From assembly GCA_965197475.1 (NCBI GenBank), contig CBDANF010000002.1:864001-928000 (forward strand): 64,000 nt of DNA. Reading direction: 5' to 3'. Below, piece by piece: positions 20,796-31,695 of this stretch. The position numbers and the translations under genes are program-made. The notes under the pieces were generated by a model. It was not told where the DNA came from. It saw nothing but the letters and a program-made list of their open reading frames with translations, and made no database searches. The first letter of the stretch is position 1; each line of letters starts with the position of its first letter. The DNA comes from Candidatus Poribacteria bacterium. GTDB lineage: Bacteria; Poribacteria; WGA-4E; WGA-3G.

Positions 20796-21404
20796 TTACT
20801 GGATGGAGTTTTTTGCCGCTTTGAAAACAGAATCAATAGCACCAAAGAGAATAGGCAAATTATCCACGCTAAAACTCGTTCGATTTTGGGTGAAGGTTTC
20901 ACCGACAAGATGTCCAATTTGCCAGAGTGTTCCGTCGCTGACAATACCGTACACAGGATGTTCCGTATCCTCGTTGATCTTTTGCGCGGCGACTAACTCT
21001 GCTAAACATTGTCCCCAACCTATCTCAAAATCGTTCTTCTTCGCCTCAACTAACATTATCAACGGCGTGCCGACAACGAGTTTACCCAACTCAGATCGTG
21101 TTGAAATAAAATAATCTGGGGTCCCGCTCAGAACATCATCGTAAGCGATTGGCTTTTTTATCCAGAGCGCGTAGTCCTCAGCGTACCCTTTGTAGACTTC
21201 ACGCAAAACAGGAAAGATAATGGCTTCGCACCGCGCACCCTCAGAGGTGAGAATATCAATATATTCGCGGTTAAATTCAAATTCTTGTAGAAATTGTTCC
21301 GAAGGACCCGTACTGTTTTCAGTTTCTATAAAGTCATTTTCCACATGTCGTATCCTAAATCTCTCCTGAACTTCAGGGATTGCTTTGAAATCACTAAATG
21401 CCAT
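20796..21404 (-). CDS. PD-(D/E)XK restriction-endonuclease-like protein
   Basis: LSGTPDY, LVEAKK, GQCLAELVAAQ, YGIVSDG..W. Confidence 0.7.
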   Translation of the reverse strand: MAFSDFKAIPEVQERFRIRHVENDFIETENSTGPSEQFLQEFEFNREYIDILTSEGARCEAIIFPVLREVYKGYAEDYALWIKKPIAYDDVLSGTPDYFISTRSELGKLVVGTPLIMLVEAKKNDFEIGWGQCLAELVAAQKINEDTEHPVYGIVSDGTLWQIGHLVGETFTQNRTSFSVDNLPILFGAIDSVFKAAKNSIQ

Positions 21405-21415
21405 TCTGATGGACC

Positions 21416-21616
21416 TCAATAAAATTGGACCTCAATAAAATTTCCTGCTTGCCATTCGGAACGTTCAGTCTCTGTTTGTTCGTAATGGTCTTTCATCTGT
21501 TCAGCCTGTTGTGATAGAAACTGACGGCGTTCATCGGCAGAAAGACGCAGGAATTTCACTTGAGGTGATTCGCCTTCCGCTAACTTCTGCGCTTTGATAT
21601 GTGTGATTGCCCGCAT
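21416..21616 (-). CDS. Small helical hypothetical protein, coupled to the downstream nuclease-like gene
   Basis: AGGAG RBS; FLRLSADERRQFLSQQAEQMKDHY..EW. Confidence 0.55.
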   Translation of the reverse strand: MRAITHIKAQKLAEGESPQVKFLRLSADERRQFLSQQAEQMKDHYEQTETERSEWQAGNFIEVQFY

Positions 21617-21728
21617 TCTTCTCTCCTGATACAATAATTTTAGAAAAACCACAACAAATTGCTATTAAAGATTATACTACCTTTTTACTACATCTTCAAC
21701 AAAATTACATATCCAAATCAAAAAAGTA

Positions 21729-21758
21729 TTGACAATAAAACCTTCTACACCTTAAAAT
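21729..21758 (+). promoter_or_regulatory. Sigma70-type promoter for the DUF1549/DUF1501 cluster
   Basis: TTGACA-N18-TAAAAT upstream of 21865. Confidence 0.5.
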
Positions 21759-21787
21759 GACATAATCATTTTAAACTTTTTGATTGC

Positions 21788-21799
21788 CGTAACGTTACG
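21788..21799. promoter_or_regulatory. Palindromic candidate operator
   Basis: CGTAACGTTACG perfect palindrome downstream of the promoter. Confidence 0.35.
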
Positions 21800-21864
21800 T
21801 AACATAATATTTGTTATGACAAACTTCAGTTTGCAAGCCATATTGATAAAGGGAGTGAATTCCA

Positions 21865-24800
21865 GTGAAAAGTGCTAAAAGTACAGTCCCACTAACTGTT
21901 GTGTTGGCATGTTTGTGTATCGCAGTGTTAGGGCTGTCCCTCACATCTGCAGAGCATCATGAAACCACACAAGCAACCGTTAATTATAACCAAGACATCC
22001 GCCCTATTTTAGCGGATAACTGTTACGCCTGCCACGGACCAGATGAAAAGAGTCGACAGGCAGACCTACGACTTGACACAAAAGCTGGTGCCTTTTCTGA
22101 TCCGAGTGGGTATCCAATTATTGCCCCTAAAGATCCAAAAGAGAGTGAACTTTACCTCCGCATCACCTCTAAGGACGACAGTTATCGGATGCCACCAGCA
22201 GATTTTAATAAGACGTTAACACCGGAGCAAATTAAAGCCATTGAGCAATGGATTAACGAAGGTGCGAAATGGGAAGAACATTGGGCATTCACGATACCTA
22301 TTCGCCCAACGCTACCCACTGTCAAAAACAAAGATTGGGCGCGGAATCCGATTGATGCGTTTATCTTGGCACGTCTTGAAAAAGAAGGACTGCAACCCGC
22401 CAAAACAGCGGATAAACGCACCCTCATCCGACGCTTAAGTTTCGACCTCACCGGTTTACCACCGACGCTTGAAGAGATACATAACTTCCTTAATGATGAC
22501 TCACCCGATGCTTACGAGAAACTCATTAATTCCTTCATGGCAAAGCCCGAATACGGTGAACACATGGGTCGCTTCTGGTTAGACGTTGCCCGTTATGGCG
22601 ATACTCACGGACTGCATTTAGATAACTACCGTGAAATGTGGCCCTACAGAGATTGGGTTATCAACGCATTCAACAAAAATATGCCTTTCGATAAGTTCAC
22701 GATTGAGCAGTTGGCAGGGGATCTCTTGCCGGAACCGACTCTTGATCAACGTGTTGCCACTGGTTTCAACCGTTGCCACGTTACAACAAGCGAAGGCGGT
22801 TCAATTGCCGACGAATACTACGTCCGATATGCCGTTGATAGAGCCAATACCACTGCCACCGTTTGGATGGGCTTAACCGCCGGTTGTGCGCAGTGCCACG
22901 ACCACAAATACGACCCGATTTCACAGAAAGAATATTATCAACTTTACGCCTATTTCAACAATATCACTGAAAATGCAATGGATGGCAACCGCAAGGATTC
23001 TCCGCCAGTTGTGAAGTTGCCGACACCTGAGCAGGAGGAACAACTCGCAAAATATGATGATCAGATTAAGGAATTAGATGCACAGAGCAAAGGATCACTG
23101 CCGCATATTGATGCTTCGCAAACGGCTTGGGAAAACAGAATGCCGCGGTGGACATCCATCAAGCCAGATGTTGTCCTTTCACAAGGTGGCGCAACGGTTG
23201 AAATTCGTGATGATAATTCTGTTTTGGCAAGTGGCATAAATCCTGATAAAGAGGTCTATGAGGTTATTGCAAAACTACCTCCCGGTAAATGGAGTGCTTT
23301 GCGATTAGAAGGTATTCCAGACAAATCCTTACCGGGAAGTGGTATCGGACGCAGCGACAACAGCAATGTGGTTTTGACAGGAATTTCTGTTGACATTGTC
23401 CCTGCCGCTATGGCAGAACAAATGCTTACTGATGCTCAGGAAGCAGCACAAAAGGCAGTTGAAGTAGCTAACGCTGCCGCAGAGGCAAAAGCGGTAGCAG
23501 AAGCGAAGGCGGCTGAGGAGGCAAAGGCTGCTGAAGAAGAAAAGGCTGCTGAAGAGAAAACTGAAAATGCAGAAGCAACCGATGAAGAGAAAACTGCTGA
23601 TAAACCGGTTGAAGAAGCACCACCTGAAAATACTGATAAACCAGCTGAGGAAGCGGCACCAGAAACTGATGAAGCACCAGAAAATGCGGATAAACCGGCT
23701 GAAGATGCTGTACCAGAAACTGATGAAGCGAAAGCTGCTGAGGAAACGACTGAAGATGCATCAGAACCCGCCGAAGCGAACGACCCGTGGACACCTATTT
23801 CAGTTGTGAAAGCCTGGGCGGACAAGGAGCAGGCAAACGGTGATTTTGCCATTGCTAATGCAATTGACGATAAGCCTGAAACAGGTTGGGGGTTGGAAAG
23901 TAACGATAATCGTGGGAACAGTCGGCAAGCGATCTTTCTTGTCGCGAACCCATTCGGCACGGAAGGTGGTCTGGTAAGGATTCGCGTTAAGCATGAATCT
24001 AAGCATTTCAGGCATCACCTCGGTCAGTTCAGACTTGCTGTTACAGATGCCCCAACGATCTATCCGATCGGTTCAAAAGTATCGCTTGGAAACTGGCATT
24101 CTGCCGGTCCGTTTACCGCAGAACACGGTAACATCGCCTTCTATAATGTTTATGAACCGGAAACCAAACCTTTTAATACGAAGGATAAATTTACTGTTGG
24201 TTCGCAAGAGTTGACGTGGCAACAGCAAACCCACTGGAAAGATGGCGAGGCACATAACGACATCGTCGGTGAAAATAGTGCCACATACCTATATCGGAAC
24301 ATCGCTTCCGAAACCAAGCAGAAAGCAACGCTTTACCTCAGCAGCAATGATGCCTTGAAGGTTTGGGTAAACCAAACGGAAGTGCTTGCCAGCAATATCC
24401 AGCGAGATGTCGCACCTGATACAGACAGACTCCAGATACAACTTAACCCCGGCAACAACGCGCTGCTGCTAAAGGTTGTGAATTATTCCGGTCCATCTGG
24501 CTTCTTCTTCCGCATGGAATCTGAGGCACCGATGGCAACAGCAAACATCGTTGACACTATAGCAGTTGAAAGAGGGAAGCGCAGCGGAGATCAACAGACG
24601 CAAATTCGTGAATACTACCGTCGCAATGTTTCAACGGATGAGGGGTTGAAAAAACTCTACGCGGACATCTCAAATACGCAAAACAAGAGGAATTCCCTGA
24701 ACAATTCGCTTACCACTACGTTGGTGATGCAGGAACGATCTGAACCGCGGGGTGCGTATATTCTGGAACGCGGCGCGTACGAGCACCGAGGTGAACAGGT

Positions 24801-25806
24801 TTATCCACAGACTCCCGCAATATTCCCGTCGATGGTAAAAGGTTCACCGCCAAATCGACTTTCACTGGCAAAATGGTTGGTTTCCGCAAAACATCCACTT
24901 ACCGCCCGCGTCGCGATTAACCGTTTATGGCAAAGTACCTTCGGAACTGGTATCGTGAGAACGTCAGAGGACTTCGGCACACAAGGCACACCGCCTGTGC
25001 ATCCGGAACTTCTCGATTGGCTCGCAACCGAATTTATAGCCTCTGGATGGGATGTGCAAACCATGCTTAAACTGATGCTCACCTCGGCGACATATCAACA
25101 GAGTGCACAGGTTACGCCCGAAAAATTGGAACGTGATGCCGATAATGTGTTGCTCTCCCGCGCACCAAGGTATCGGTTTGATGCTGAAACCGTGCGCGAT
25201 AACGCGCTTGCACTCAGTGGCTTGTTATATAAACGTATCGGCGGACCGAGTGTTAAACCGCCGCAACCGGGTGGACTCTGGAAAGCCGTCGGGTTTACTG
25301 GATCTAATACTGACACCTTTAGGAAAGATTCCGGTGCTGATAAGGTGTATCGTCGGAGTCTTTATACGTTCTGGAAGCGAACCGCACCGCCACCGCAGAT
25401 GAACATCTTGGATGCACCGTCACGTGAGGCTTGCACAATTCGTCGTGAACGCACCAACACGCCCATGCAGGCGTTAATGTTGATGAATGATCCACAGTTC
25501 GTTGAAGCAGCACGTTCTTTGGCAGAACGCACAATTAGAGAAGGTGGCAAAACACCTGAAGAACGGATTGCTTTCATCTTTGAGGTGGCAACCGCCCGCG
25601 AACCGAAACCGAAGGAAGCTTCACTGCTACTCGAAACGTTGCAAGCGCACTCAGAAGAATTGAAAGCTGATCCCGAAGCAGCCAAAGAGTTAATCGCTGT
25701 CGGTGAATCGAAACCTGATGAAAAGTTAGATGCCGTTGAAGTCGCTACATGGACGATGATTGGAAACCTAATCCTCAATCTGGACGAAGTCCTGAATAAG
25801 GGATGA
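21865..25806 (+). CDS. Planctomycete-type cytochrome c + DUF1549 + DUF1553 (PSD1) protein
   Basis: Signal peptide, CYACH, NPIDAFI, RRLSFDLTGLPP, CAQCHDHKYDP, PLTARVAINRLW, HPELLDWLA, TNTPMQAL. Confidence 0.92.
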   Translation: MKSAKSTVPLTVVLACLCIAVLGLSLTSAEHHETTQATVNYNQDIRPILADNCYACHGPDEKSRQADLRLDTKAGAFSDPSGYPIIAPKDPKESELYLRITSKDDSYRMPPADFNKTLTPEQIKAIEQWINEGAKWEEHWAFTIPIRPTLPTVKNKDWARNPIDAFILARLEKEGLQPAKTADKRTLIRRLSFDLTGLPPTLEEIHNFLNDDSPDAYEKLINSFMAKPEYGEHMGRFWLDVARYGDTHGLHLDNYREMWPYRDWVINAFNKNMPFDKFTIEQLAGDLLPEPTLDQRVATGFNRCHVTTSEGGSIADEYYVRYAVDRANTTATVWMGLTAGCAQCHDHKYDPISQKEYYQLYAYFNNITENAMDGNRKDSPPVVKLPTPEQEEQLAKYDDQIKELDAQSKGSLPHIDASQTAWENRMPRWTSIKPDVVLSQGGATVEIRDDNSVLASGINPDKEVYEVIAKLPPGKWSALRLEGIPDKSLPGSGIGRSDNSNVVLTGISVDIVPAAMAEQMLTDAQEAAQKAVEVANAAAEAKAVAEAKAAEEAKAAEEEKAAEEKTENAEATDEEKTADKPVEEAPPENTDKPAEEAAPETDEAPENADKPAEDAVPETDEAKAAEETTEDASEPAEANDPWTPISVVKAWADKEQANGDFAIANAIDDKPETGWGLESNDNRGNSRQAIFLVANPFGTEGGLVRIRVKHESKHFRHHLGQFRLAVTDAPTIYPIGSKVSLGNWHSAGPFTAEHGNIAFYNVYEPETKPFNTKDKFTVGSQELTWQQQTHWKDGEAHNDIVGENSATYLYRNIASETKQKATLYLSSNDALKVWVNQTEVLASNIQRDVAPDTDRLQIQLNPGNNALLLKVVNYSGPSGFFFRMESEAPMATANIVDTIAVERGKRSGDQQTQIREYYRRNVSTDEGLKKLYADISNTQNKRNSLNNSLTTTLVMQERSEPRGAYILERGAYEHRGEQVYPQTPAIFPSMVKGSPPNRLSLAKWLVSAKHPLTARVAINRLWQSTFGTGIVRTSEDFGTQGTPPVHPELLDWLATEFIASGWDVQTMLKLMLTSATYQQSAQVTPEKLERDADNVLLSRAPRYRFDAETVRDNALALSGLLYKRIGGPSVKPPQPGGLWKAVGFTGSNTDTFRKDSGADKVYRRSLYTFWKRTAPPPQMNILDAPSREACTIRRERTNTPMQALMLMNDPQFVEAARSLAERTIREGGKTPEERIAFIFEVATAREPKPKEASLLLETLQAHSEELKADPEAAKELIAVGESKPDEKLDAVEVATWTMIGNLILNLDEVLNKG

Positions 25807-25855
25807 TAAAAGGGATGGGCGCAGACCTTCCGTTCGCGCCCATTTGATAAAGATT

Positions 25856-26791
25856 ATGAAATATTTTTACATGCTGTTTGCAATACTGATAGTTTTCCTC
25901 AGTTGCTCGGTTGGACCAGAAGTGGCGATACCAGATGCAAACTTAGCCGCTGCTGTGCGCGAAGCACTCGGTTTAGGTCCAACCGATCCTATATCACAAA
26001 AGAAATTTGAAGTATTAGAGAGTCTTAATGCTGACAACAGAGATGTAAAAGACTTAACAGGCCTGGAAAAGGCAATAGGATTAATGACTTTAGAACTTCG
26101 CAAGAATCAAATTGAGGACATGACACCTCTCACGGAACTAACCCAATTGACGCACTTATACCTTGGTGATAATCAGATTAGCGACATAACACCTCTGACT
26201 AGCTTGAAGCAGTTAACATGGTTAGACATCGTGGAGAATCAAATCAGTGACATAAAACCACTCGCTAACTTGACACAGTTGGAAGTGTTATGGCTGGATA
26301 AAAATCAAGTCAGCGACATAAAACCACTCACTAATTTGACACAGTTGACAACGTTATACCTTTCTAATAATCAAGTCAGCGACATAAAACCACTCGCTAA
26401 CTTGACACAGTTGGAAGTGTTATGGCTGGACAAAAATCAAATCAGCGACATAAAACTACTTACTAATTTGACACAGTTGACAAAATTAGGAATTGAGTGG
26501 AATCAAGTCAGCGACATAAAACCACTCGCTAACTTGACACAGTTGACAACGTTATACCTTTCTAATAATCAAGCCAGCGACATAAAACCACTCACTAACT
26601 TGACGCAATTGGAAGTGTTGTCGCTAAACCAGAATCAAATCAGCGACATAAAACCACTCACTAATTTGACACAGTTGAAAGAATTATACCTTGCGGACAA
26701 TCCAATTCAGGATATGGAACCACTCAGCAAACTCATAAAACAACTTCCAGATTTGGAGATGAATATTGAAGTTACACACGTAAATAAGTAA
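25856..26791 (+). CDS. Internalin-like leucine-rich-repeat lipoprotein
   Basis: Lipobox-like FLSC, IPDANLAAAVR cap, 22-aa NQISDIKPLANLTQL repeats. Confidence 0.9.
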   Translation: MKYFYMLFAILIVFLSCSVGPEVAIPDANLAAAVREALGLGPTDPISQKKFEVLESLNADNRDVKDLTGLEKAIGLMTLELRKNQIEDMTPLTELTQLTHLYLGDNQISDITPLTSLKQLTWLDIVENQISDIKPLANLTQLEVLWLDKNQVSDIKPLTNLTQLTTLYLSNNQVSDIKPLANLTQLEVLWLDKNQISDIKLLTNLTQLTKLGIEWNQVSDIKPLANLTQLTTLYLSNNQASDIKPLTNLTQLEVLSLNQNQISDIKPLTNLTQLKELYLADNPIQDMEPLSKLIKQLPDLEMNIEVTHVNK

Positions 26792-26879
26792 ATTGCTTCT
26801 GCGGGTGTGTGACAAAAGCAAGGAAGTATCCCAAAAACGAGATAGCACTTGTTCTTTCATTTTGAAGGAATATCACTTT

Positions 26880-27656
26880 ATGGAGAATTCGACTGTAACA
26901 ATACCAGATTCTAACTTAGCTGCCGCTGTGCAAGAAACACTCGATTTAGGTTCAAGCGATCCTATCCCACAAAAGAAACTGGAAGAATTAGAGAAACTAC
27001 ATGCTGAAGAAAAAGGTATAAAAGACTTAACAGGATTGGAGAAGGCAACAGGTTTAAAAGTTTTAGAACTTCAAAAGAATCAAATCAGTGACATCACACC
27101 TATTAGTGGATTGACACAACTGACTTATGTGGAGTTCTGGGACAATCAAATCAGTGATATTACGCCCCTCACCGGATTAACACAAATAACGAAATTAGGA
27201 CTCGGCAAAAATCAAATTACCAACATAAAACCTCTGGCAGAGTTAACACAACTCACAGAATTAGGGCTTTGGGACAATCAAATTACCAACATTAAACCAC
27301 TTGTTAACTTAAAACAGATGCAGTTTTTAAACATGCGGCGAAACCAACTTAGCGACATCAGACCGCTTGCTGACTTGAAACAGATAACACATTTATGGCT
27401 TAGCGGAAATCGAATTGACAACATAACGTCCCTTGATGGATTGGCACAATTGACACATTTATCGTTGGATAAAAATCAAATCAGCGACGTCTGTCCTATA
27501 GAGAACTTTACGAGTCTAACACGTTTACATATCAAAGATAATCCAATTCAGAACATGGAACCACTCCGAAAATTACTTGAAAAACTGCCGGATTTAGAAC
27601 TGGATATCCCAGCACCAGTGGAACTGAAAATTCAACAACCACCTGCAAATAGGTAA
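26880..27656 (+). CDS. Internalin-like LRR protein without signal peptide
   Basis: Same cap and 22-aa LRRs; AAGGA RBS before ATG 26880. Confidence 0.88.
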   Translation: MENSTVTIPDSNLAAAVQETLDLGSSDPIPQKKLEELEKLHAEEKGIKDLTGLEKATGLKVLELQKNQISDITPISGLTQLTYVEFWDNQISDITPLTGLTQITKLGLGKNQITNIKPLAELTQLTELGLWDNQITNIKPLVNLKQMQFLNMRRNQLSDIRPLADLKQITHLWLSGNRIDNITSLDGLAQLTHLSLDKNQISDVCPIENFTSLTRLHIKDNPIQNMEPLRKLLEKLPDLELDIPAPVELKIQQPPANR

Positions 27657-27707
27657 AGCATCGCGACACCTCAACCACAGAATAGGTATCGCGAAAGGAG
27701 TTAAATA

Positions 27708-29186
27708 ATGGACCCGATTAAAGAATATCTGAAACTTGAAACACGCCGCCAATTCTTCGGCAAATGTGCCACAGGACTCGGCGGTGCAGCCCTCGCCTCA
27801 TTGCTACCGAGCAGTATTGTCCACGCTCTTGAACAGCAAGCAGGAACGCGGGTTGGCGGATTGCCAGAACTACCGCACTTTGCACCGAAGGCGAAACGAG
27901 CAATCTATCTATTTATGTCTGGCGCACCCTCACAAATGGACCTGTTTGACTATAAACCGAAGATGGGCGAATGGTTTGATAAAGAACTACCGGAGACCGT
28001 CCGCATGGGGCAACGTCTCACCACAATGACTTCAGGACAATCTCGTTTTCCCATTGCGCCTTCTATCTTTGAGTTTAAGAAGCATGACAACGGCAGCGAT
28101 GGCGCGTGGCTTAGCGAATTGTTACCCCATACTGCCACAATGGTCCAAGATATTGCGATTATCAAATCGGTACATACCGATGCGATCAACCACGATCCAG
28201 CTATTACCTTTGTCTGCACCGGTGATGAAACACCCGGCAAACCGTGCCTCGGTGCGTGGCTCAGCTATGGACTCGGTAGTGAAAACCAAAATCTTCCTTC
28301 TTTCATTGTGATGAATGCTACTTGGAGCGGTCCAAAGGGTGCACAAGCACTCTACAACCGCCTCTGGGGTTCTGGTTTCCTTCCATCTGAGCACCAAGGC
28401 GTGCTACTTCGCAGTCAAGGCGATCCAGTCTTATTCCTCTCAAACCCGAAAGGCATGAGTGAAAAAGCACGGAAACGGATGCTTGATTCGCTGGTCAAAC
28501 TCAACGAAGAACTCTATGAGGAGGTCGGAGATCCAGAAACGCATGCCCGTATCTCTCAATATGAGATGGCGTACCGGATGCAGTCCTCTGTTCCCGAACT
28601 CACGGACCTGAAGCAGGAGTCTGACAAAGTTTTGGAAATGTATGGTCCTGAGGTAAACACTCCCGGCACATTTTCCAACTGCTGTATCCTTGCACGTCGG
28701 ATGATGGAGCGAGATGTTCGCCTCGTTCAAATCTTCCATCGCGGTTGGGACCAGCACGGTGACTTACCCAAGAACATCCGGAATCAAGCTCGCGATATTG
28801 ACCAACCCGCAACCGCGCTCGTTCAAGACCTGAAACAACGTGGTATGCTTGATGAGACCCTCGTTGTTTGGGGTGGTGAATTCGGACGCACTGTTTACTG
28901 CCAAGGCGCGCTTAAGAAGGATAACTACGGACGAGACCATCATCCGAAGTGTTTCACGCTCTGGATGGCTGGCGGTGGCATAAAAGGTGGGATCGTCCAC
29001 GGCGAAACCGATGATTTCAGTTACAACGTCGTCAAAGACCCCGTTTCTGTTCGAGACTTAAACGCTACTATTCTCAACCAACTCGGTATTGATCATGAAA
29101 GGTTAACCTTTAAGTTCCAAGGACTTGATCACAGGTTAACTGGTGTTGAAGAAAAAGCGCGTGTCGTCAATGAGATATTGGCATAA
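27708..29186 (+). CDS. DUF1501 family protein (Tat-like signal)
   Basis: [41 protein letters not shown]. Confidence 0.92.
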   Translation: MDPIKEYLKLETRRQFFGKCATGLGGAALASLLPSSIVHALEQQAGTRVGGLPELPHFAPKAKRAIYLFMSGAPSQMDLFDYKPKMGEWFDKELPETVRMGQRLTTMTSGQSRFPIAPSIFEFKKHDNGSDGAWLSELLPHTATMVQDIAIIKSVHTDAINHDPAITFVCTGDETPGKPCLGAWLSYGLGSENQNLPSFIVMNATWSGPKGAQALYNRLWGSGFLPSEHQGVLLRSQGDPVLFLSNPKGMSEKARKRMLDSLVKLNEELYEEVGDPETHARISQYEMAYRMQSSVPELTDLKQESDKVLEMYGPEVNTPGTFSNCCILARRMMERDVRLVQIFHRGWDQHGDLPKNIRNQARDIDQPATALVQDLKQRGMLDETLVVWGGEFGRTVYCQGALKKDNYGRDHHPKCFTLWMAGGGIKGGIVHGETDDFSYNVVKDPVSVRDLNATILNQLGIDHERLTFKFQGLDHRLTGVEEKARVVNEILA

Positions 29187-29283
29187 CCGTAAATATTTAT
29201 CTATAGACGCGTTTTGTAAGCGCGCCTATAGGCAATATCAATAATGGGCTTTACTATAAATTTGTCCACAGAGACATAACTTG

Positions 29284-30109
29284 ATGAAACATTTTTCTAC
29301 CTTTTTTGTTCTTCTTATAGTTTTCTTTGGTTGTTCATCTAACGAAAATGTAACAATACCGGATCCCAACTTAGCTGCTGGCGTGCGCGAAACACTCGGC
29401 TTAAATACAAGTGATCCTATCCCGCGAAAGAAGTTGGAAAAAATTAAAGCATCTGAATGCTGATGGCAGAGGCATAAGGGACTTAACGGGGTTAGAAAAA
29501 GCAACGGGATTAAAGAATTTAGAACTTCGTAGGAATCAGATCAGCAGTATTAAACCGCTCAAGGATCTAACGCAATTAACCCATTTATATCTTGGAGATA
29601 ATCAGATTAGTGACATCAAACCTCTCACTAAATTGAAGCGATTAGTGGCGTTAAATCTTCAAAGGAATCAGATTAGTGACATCAAACCTCTTTCTAAGTT
29701 AACGGAGATGACAGATTTAGCACTCGGTGGAAATCAGATTAGTGACATCACACCACTTGCTGGAATGAAGCAATTGGCTTGGATATGGATTTGGGGGAAC
29801 CAACTTCGCGACATTACGCCGCTCGCTGAGTTGACACAATTAACAATATTGCATCTCAACAAAAACCAAATCAGTGATATTAAACCGCTTGCTGGATTAA
29901 CACAGTTAAATGAGTTAGTCCTCTCTGAAAATCAAATTAGCGATATAAGCCATATTGCGAATTTTTCAAATCTAAAACGTTTATATGTAAGACAAAATCC
30001 AATTCAGGATATGGAACCACTTCGGAAATTGTATGAACGACTTCCGAGTTTAGAAATGGATATCCCAGCACCAGTGGAGCTAAAAATTTCACCCCCTACC
30101 AATAAGTAA
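29284..30109 (+). pseudogene. LRR lipoprotein, frameshifted at an A6 run (29438-29443)
   Basis: Lipobox FFGC and cap in 29281-29463; LRRs in 29411-30109; removing one A joins them. Confidence 0.8.
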
Positions 30110-30159
30110 AAAATTGTAATTCCTCAACCAAGGAGTAGATATAGTAAAGGAGATAAACA

Positions 30160-31638
30160 ATGGACCCTATCAAGGAATATTTGAAACTTGAAACACGCCG
30201 TCAATTTTTTGGAAAGTGTGCCATGGGACTCGGCGGTGCAGCCCTCGCTTCATTGCTGCCGAATAGTATTGTCCGTGCCCTTGAACAGCAACCAGTACCA
30301 CAGACAGGCGGGTTGCCCGAACTACTGCACTTTGCACCGAAGGCGAAACGAGCGATCTACCTATTCATGTCCGGTGCGCCTTCGCAGATGGATATGTACG
30401 ACTATAAACCGAAGATGAGCGAATGGTTTGATAAAGAACTACCGGAAACGGTACGGATGGGGCAACGGCTTACTACGATGACTTCCGGACAAAAACGTTT
30501 CCCGGTTGCCCCTTCTATCTTTGAGTTTAAAAAGCATGACAATGGCGGTGATGGTGCTTGGGTTAGCGAGTTGCTCCCGCATACTGCATCTATGGTAAAA
30601 GACATCGTGATCATCAAATCGGTACACACCGATGCGATTAACCACGACCCTGCTATCACCTTTGTTTGTACCGGCGATGAAACTCCGGGCAAACCGAGTC
30701 TCGGCGCATGGCTCAGCTACGGGTTAGGCACTGAAAACAGAAATCTGCCATCATTTATTGTTATGAATGCGACCTGGACAGGCAGAAAGTCTGCACAAGC
30801 ACTTTATAACCGCCTCTGGGGTGCTGGATTCCTACCTTCCGAGCATCAAGGCGTACTCCTTCGCAGCCAAGGCGATCCAGTCTTATTCCTCTCAAACCCG
30901 AAAGGCATGAGTGAAAAAGCACGGAAACGCATGCTTGACTCGCTGGTCAAACTCAACGAAGAACTCTATGAGGAGGTCGGAGATCCAGAAACGCATGCCC
31001 GTATCTCTCAATATGAGATGGCGTACCGCATGCAGTCCTCTGTACCTGAACTCACGGACCTGAAACAGGAGTCGGACAAAGTCAAGGAGATGTACGGTCC
31101 CGATGTCAACACCCCTGGCACATTCGCCAACTGCTGTATCCTTGCACGTCGGATGATGGAACGTGATGTTCGCCTCGTCCAAATCTTCCATCGCGGTTGG
31201 GATCAGCACGGCAATCTACCGAACGACATCCGAAATCAGTGCCGTGACATTGACCAACCCGCAACAGCACTTGTTCAAGACCTGAAACAGCGTGGCATGC
31301 TTGACGATACGCTTGTTGTGTGGGGTGGTGAATTCGGACGGACTGTCTATTGCCAAGGCGCACTCAAGAAGGATAACTACGGGCGAGATCATCACCCGAA
31401 GTGTTTCACTATGTGGATGGCGGGTGCTGGTATTAAAGGCGGAATCGTCCACGGCGAAACCGATGAGTTTAGTTACAATATTGTCAAGGACCCTGTCTCT
31501 GTCCGAGATTTAAATGCCACGATTCTCAACCAACTCGGCATTGACCATGAAAGGTTGACCTTTAAGTTCCAAGGACTTGACCATCGGTTAACTGGGGTAG
31601 AGGAAAAAGCGCGTGTTGTCAACGAGATATTGGTATGA
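30160..31638 (+). CDS. DUF1501 family protein, second copy
   Basis: Same length (492 aa) and nearly the same sequence as 27708-29186. Confidence 0.92.
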   Translation: MDPIKEYLKLETRRQFFGKCAMGLGGAALASLLPNSIVRALEQQPVPQTGGLPELLHFAPKAKRAIYLFMSGAPSQMDMYDYKPKMSEWFDKELPETVRMGQRLTTMTSGQKRFPVAPSIFEFKKHDNGGDGAWVSELLPHTASMVKDIVIIKSVHTDAINHDPAITFVCTGDETPGKPSLGAWLSYGLGTENRNLPSFIVMNATWTGRKSAQALYNRLWGAGFLPSEHQGVLLRSQGDPVLFLSNPKGMSEKARKRMLDSLVKLNEELYEEVGDPETHARISQYEMAYRMQSSVPELTDLKQESDKVKEMYGPDVNTPGTFANCCILARRMMERDVRLVQIFHRGWDQHGNLPNDIRNQCRDIDQPATALVQDLKQRGMLDDTLVVWGGEFGRTVYCQGALKKDNYGRDHHPKCFTMWMAGAGIKGGIVHGETDEFSYNIVKDPVSVRDLNATILNQLGIDHERLTFKFQGLDHRLTGVEEKARVVNEILV

Positions 31639-31695
31639 TCTGAAACACCTAATGTTCGGCGCGTTTGAAAAGCGCGCCTACTTGTCAAGAAGATA

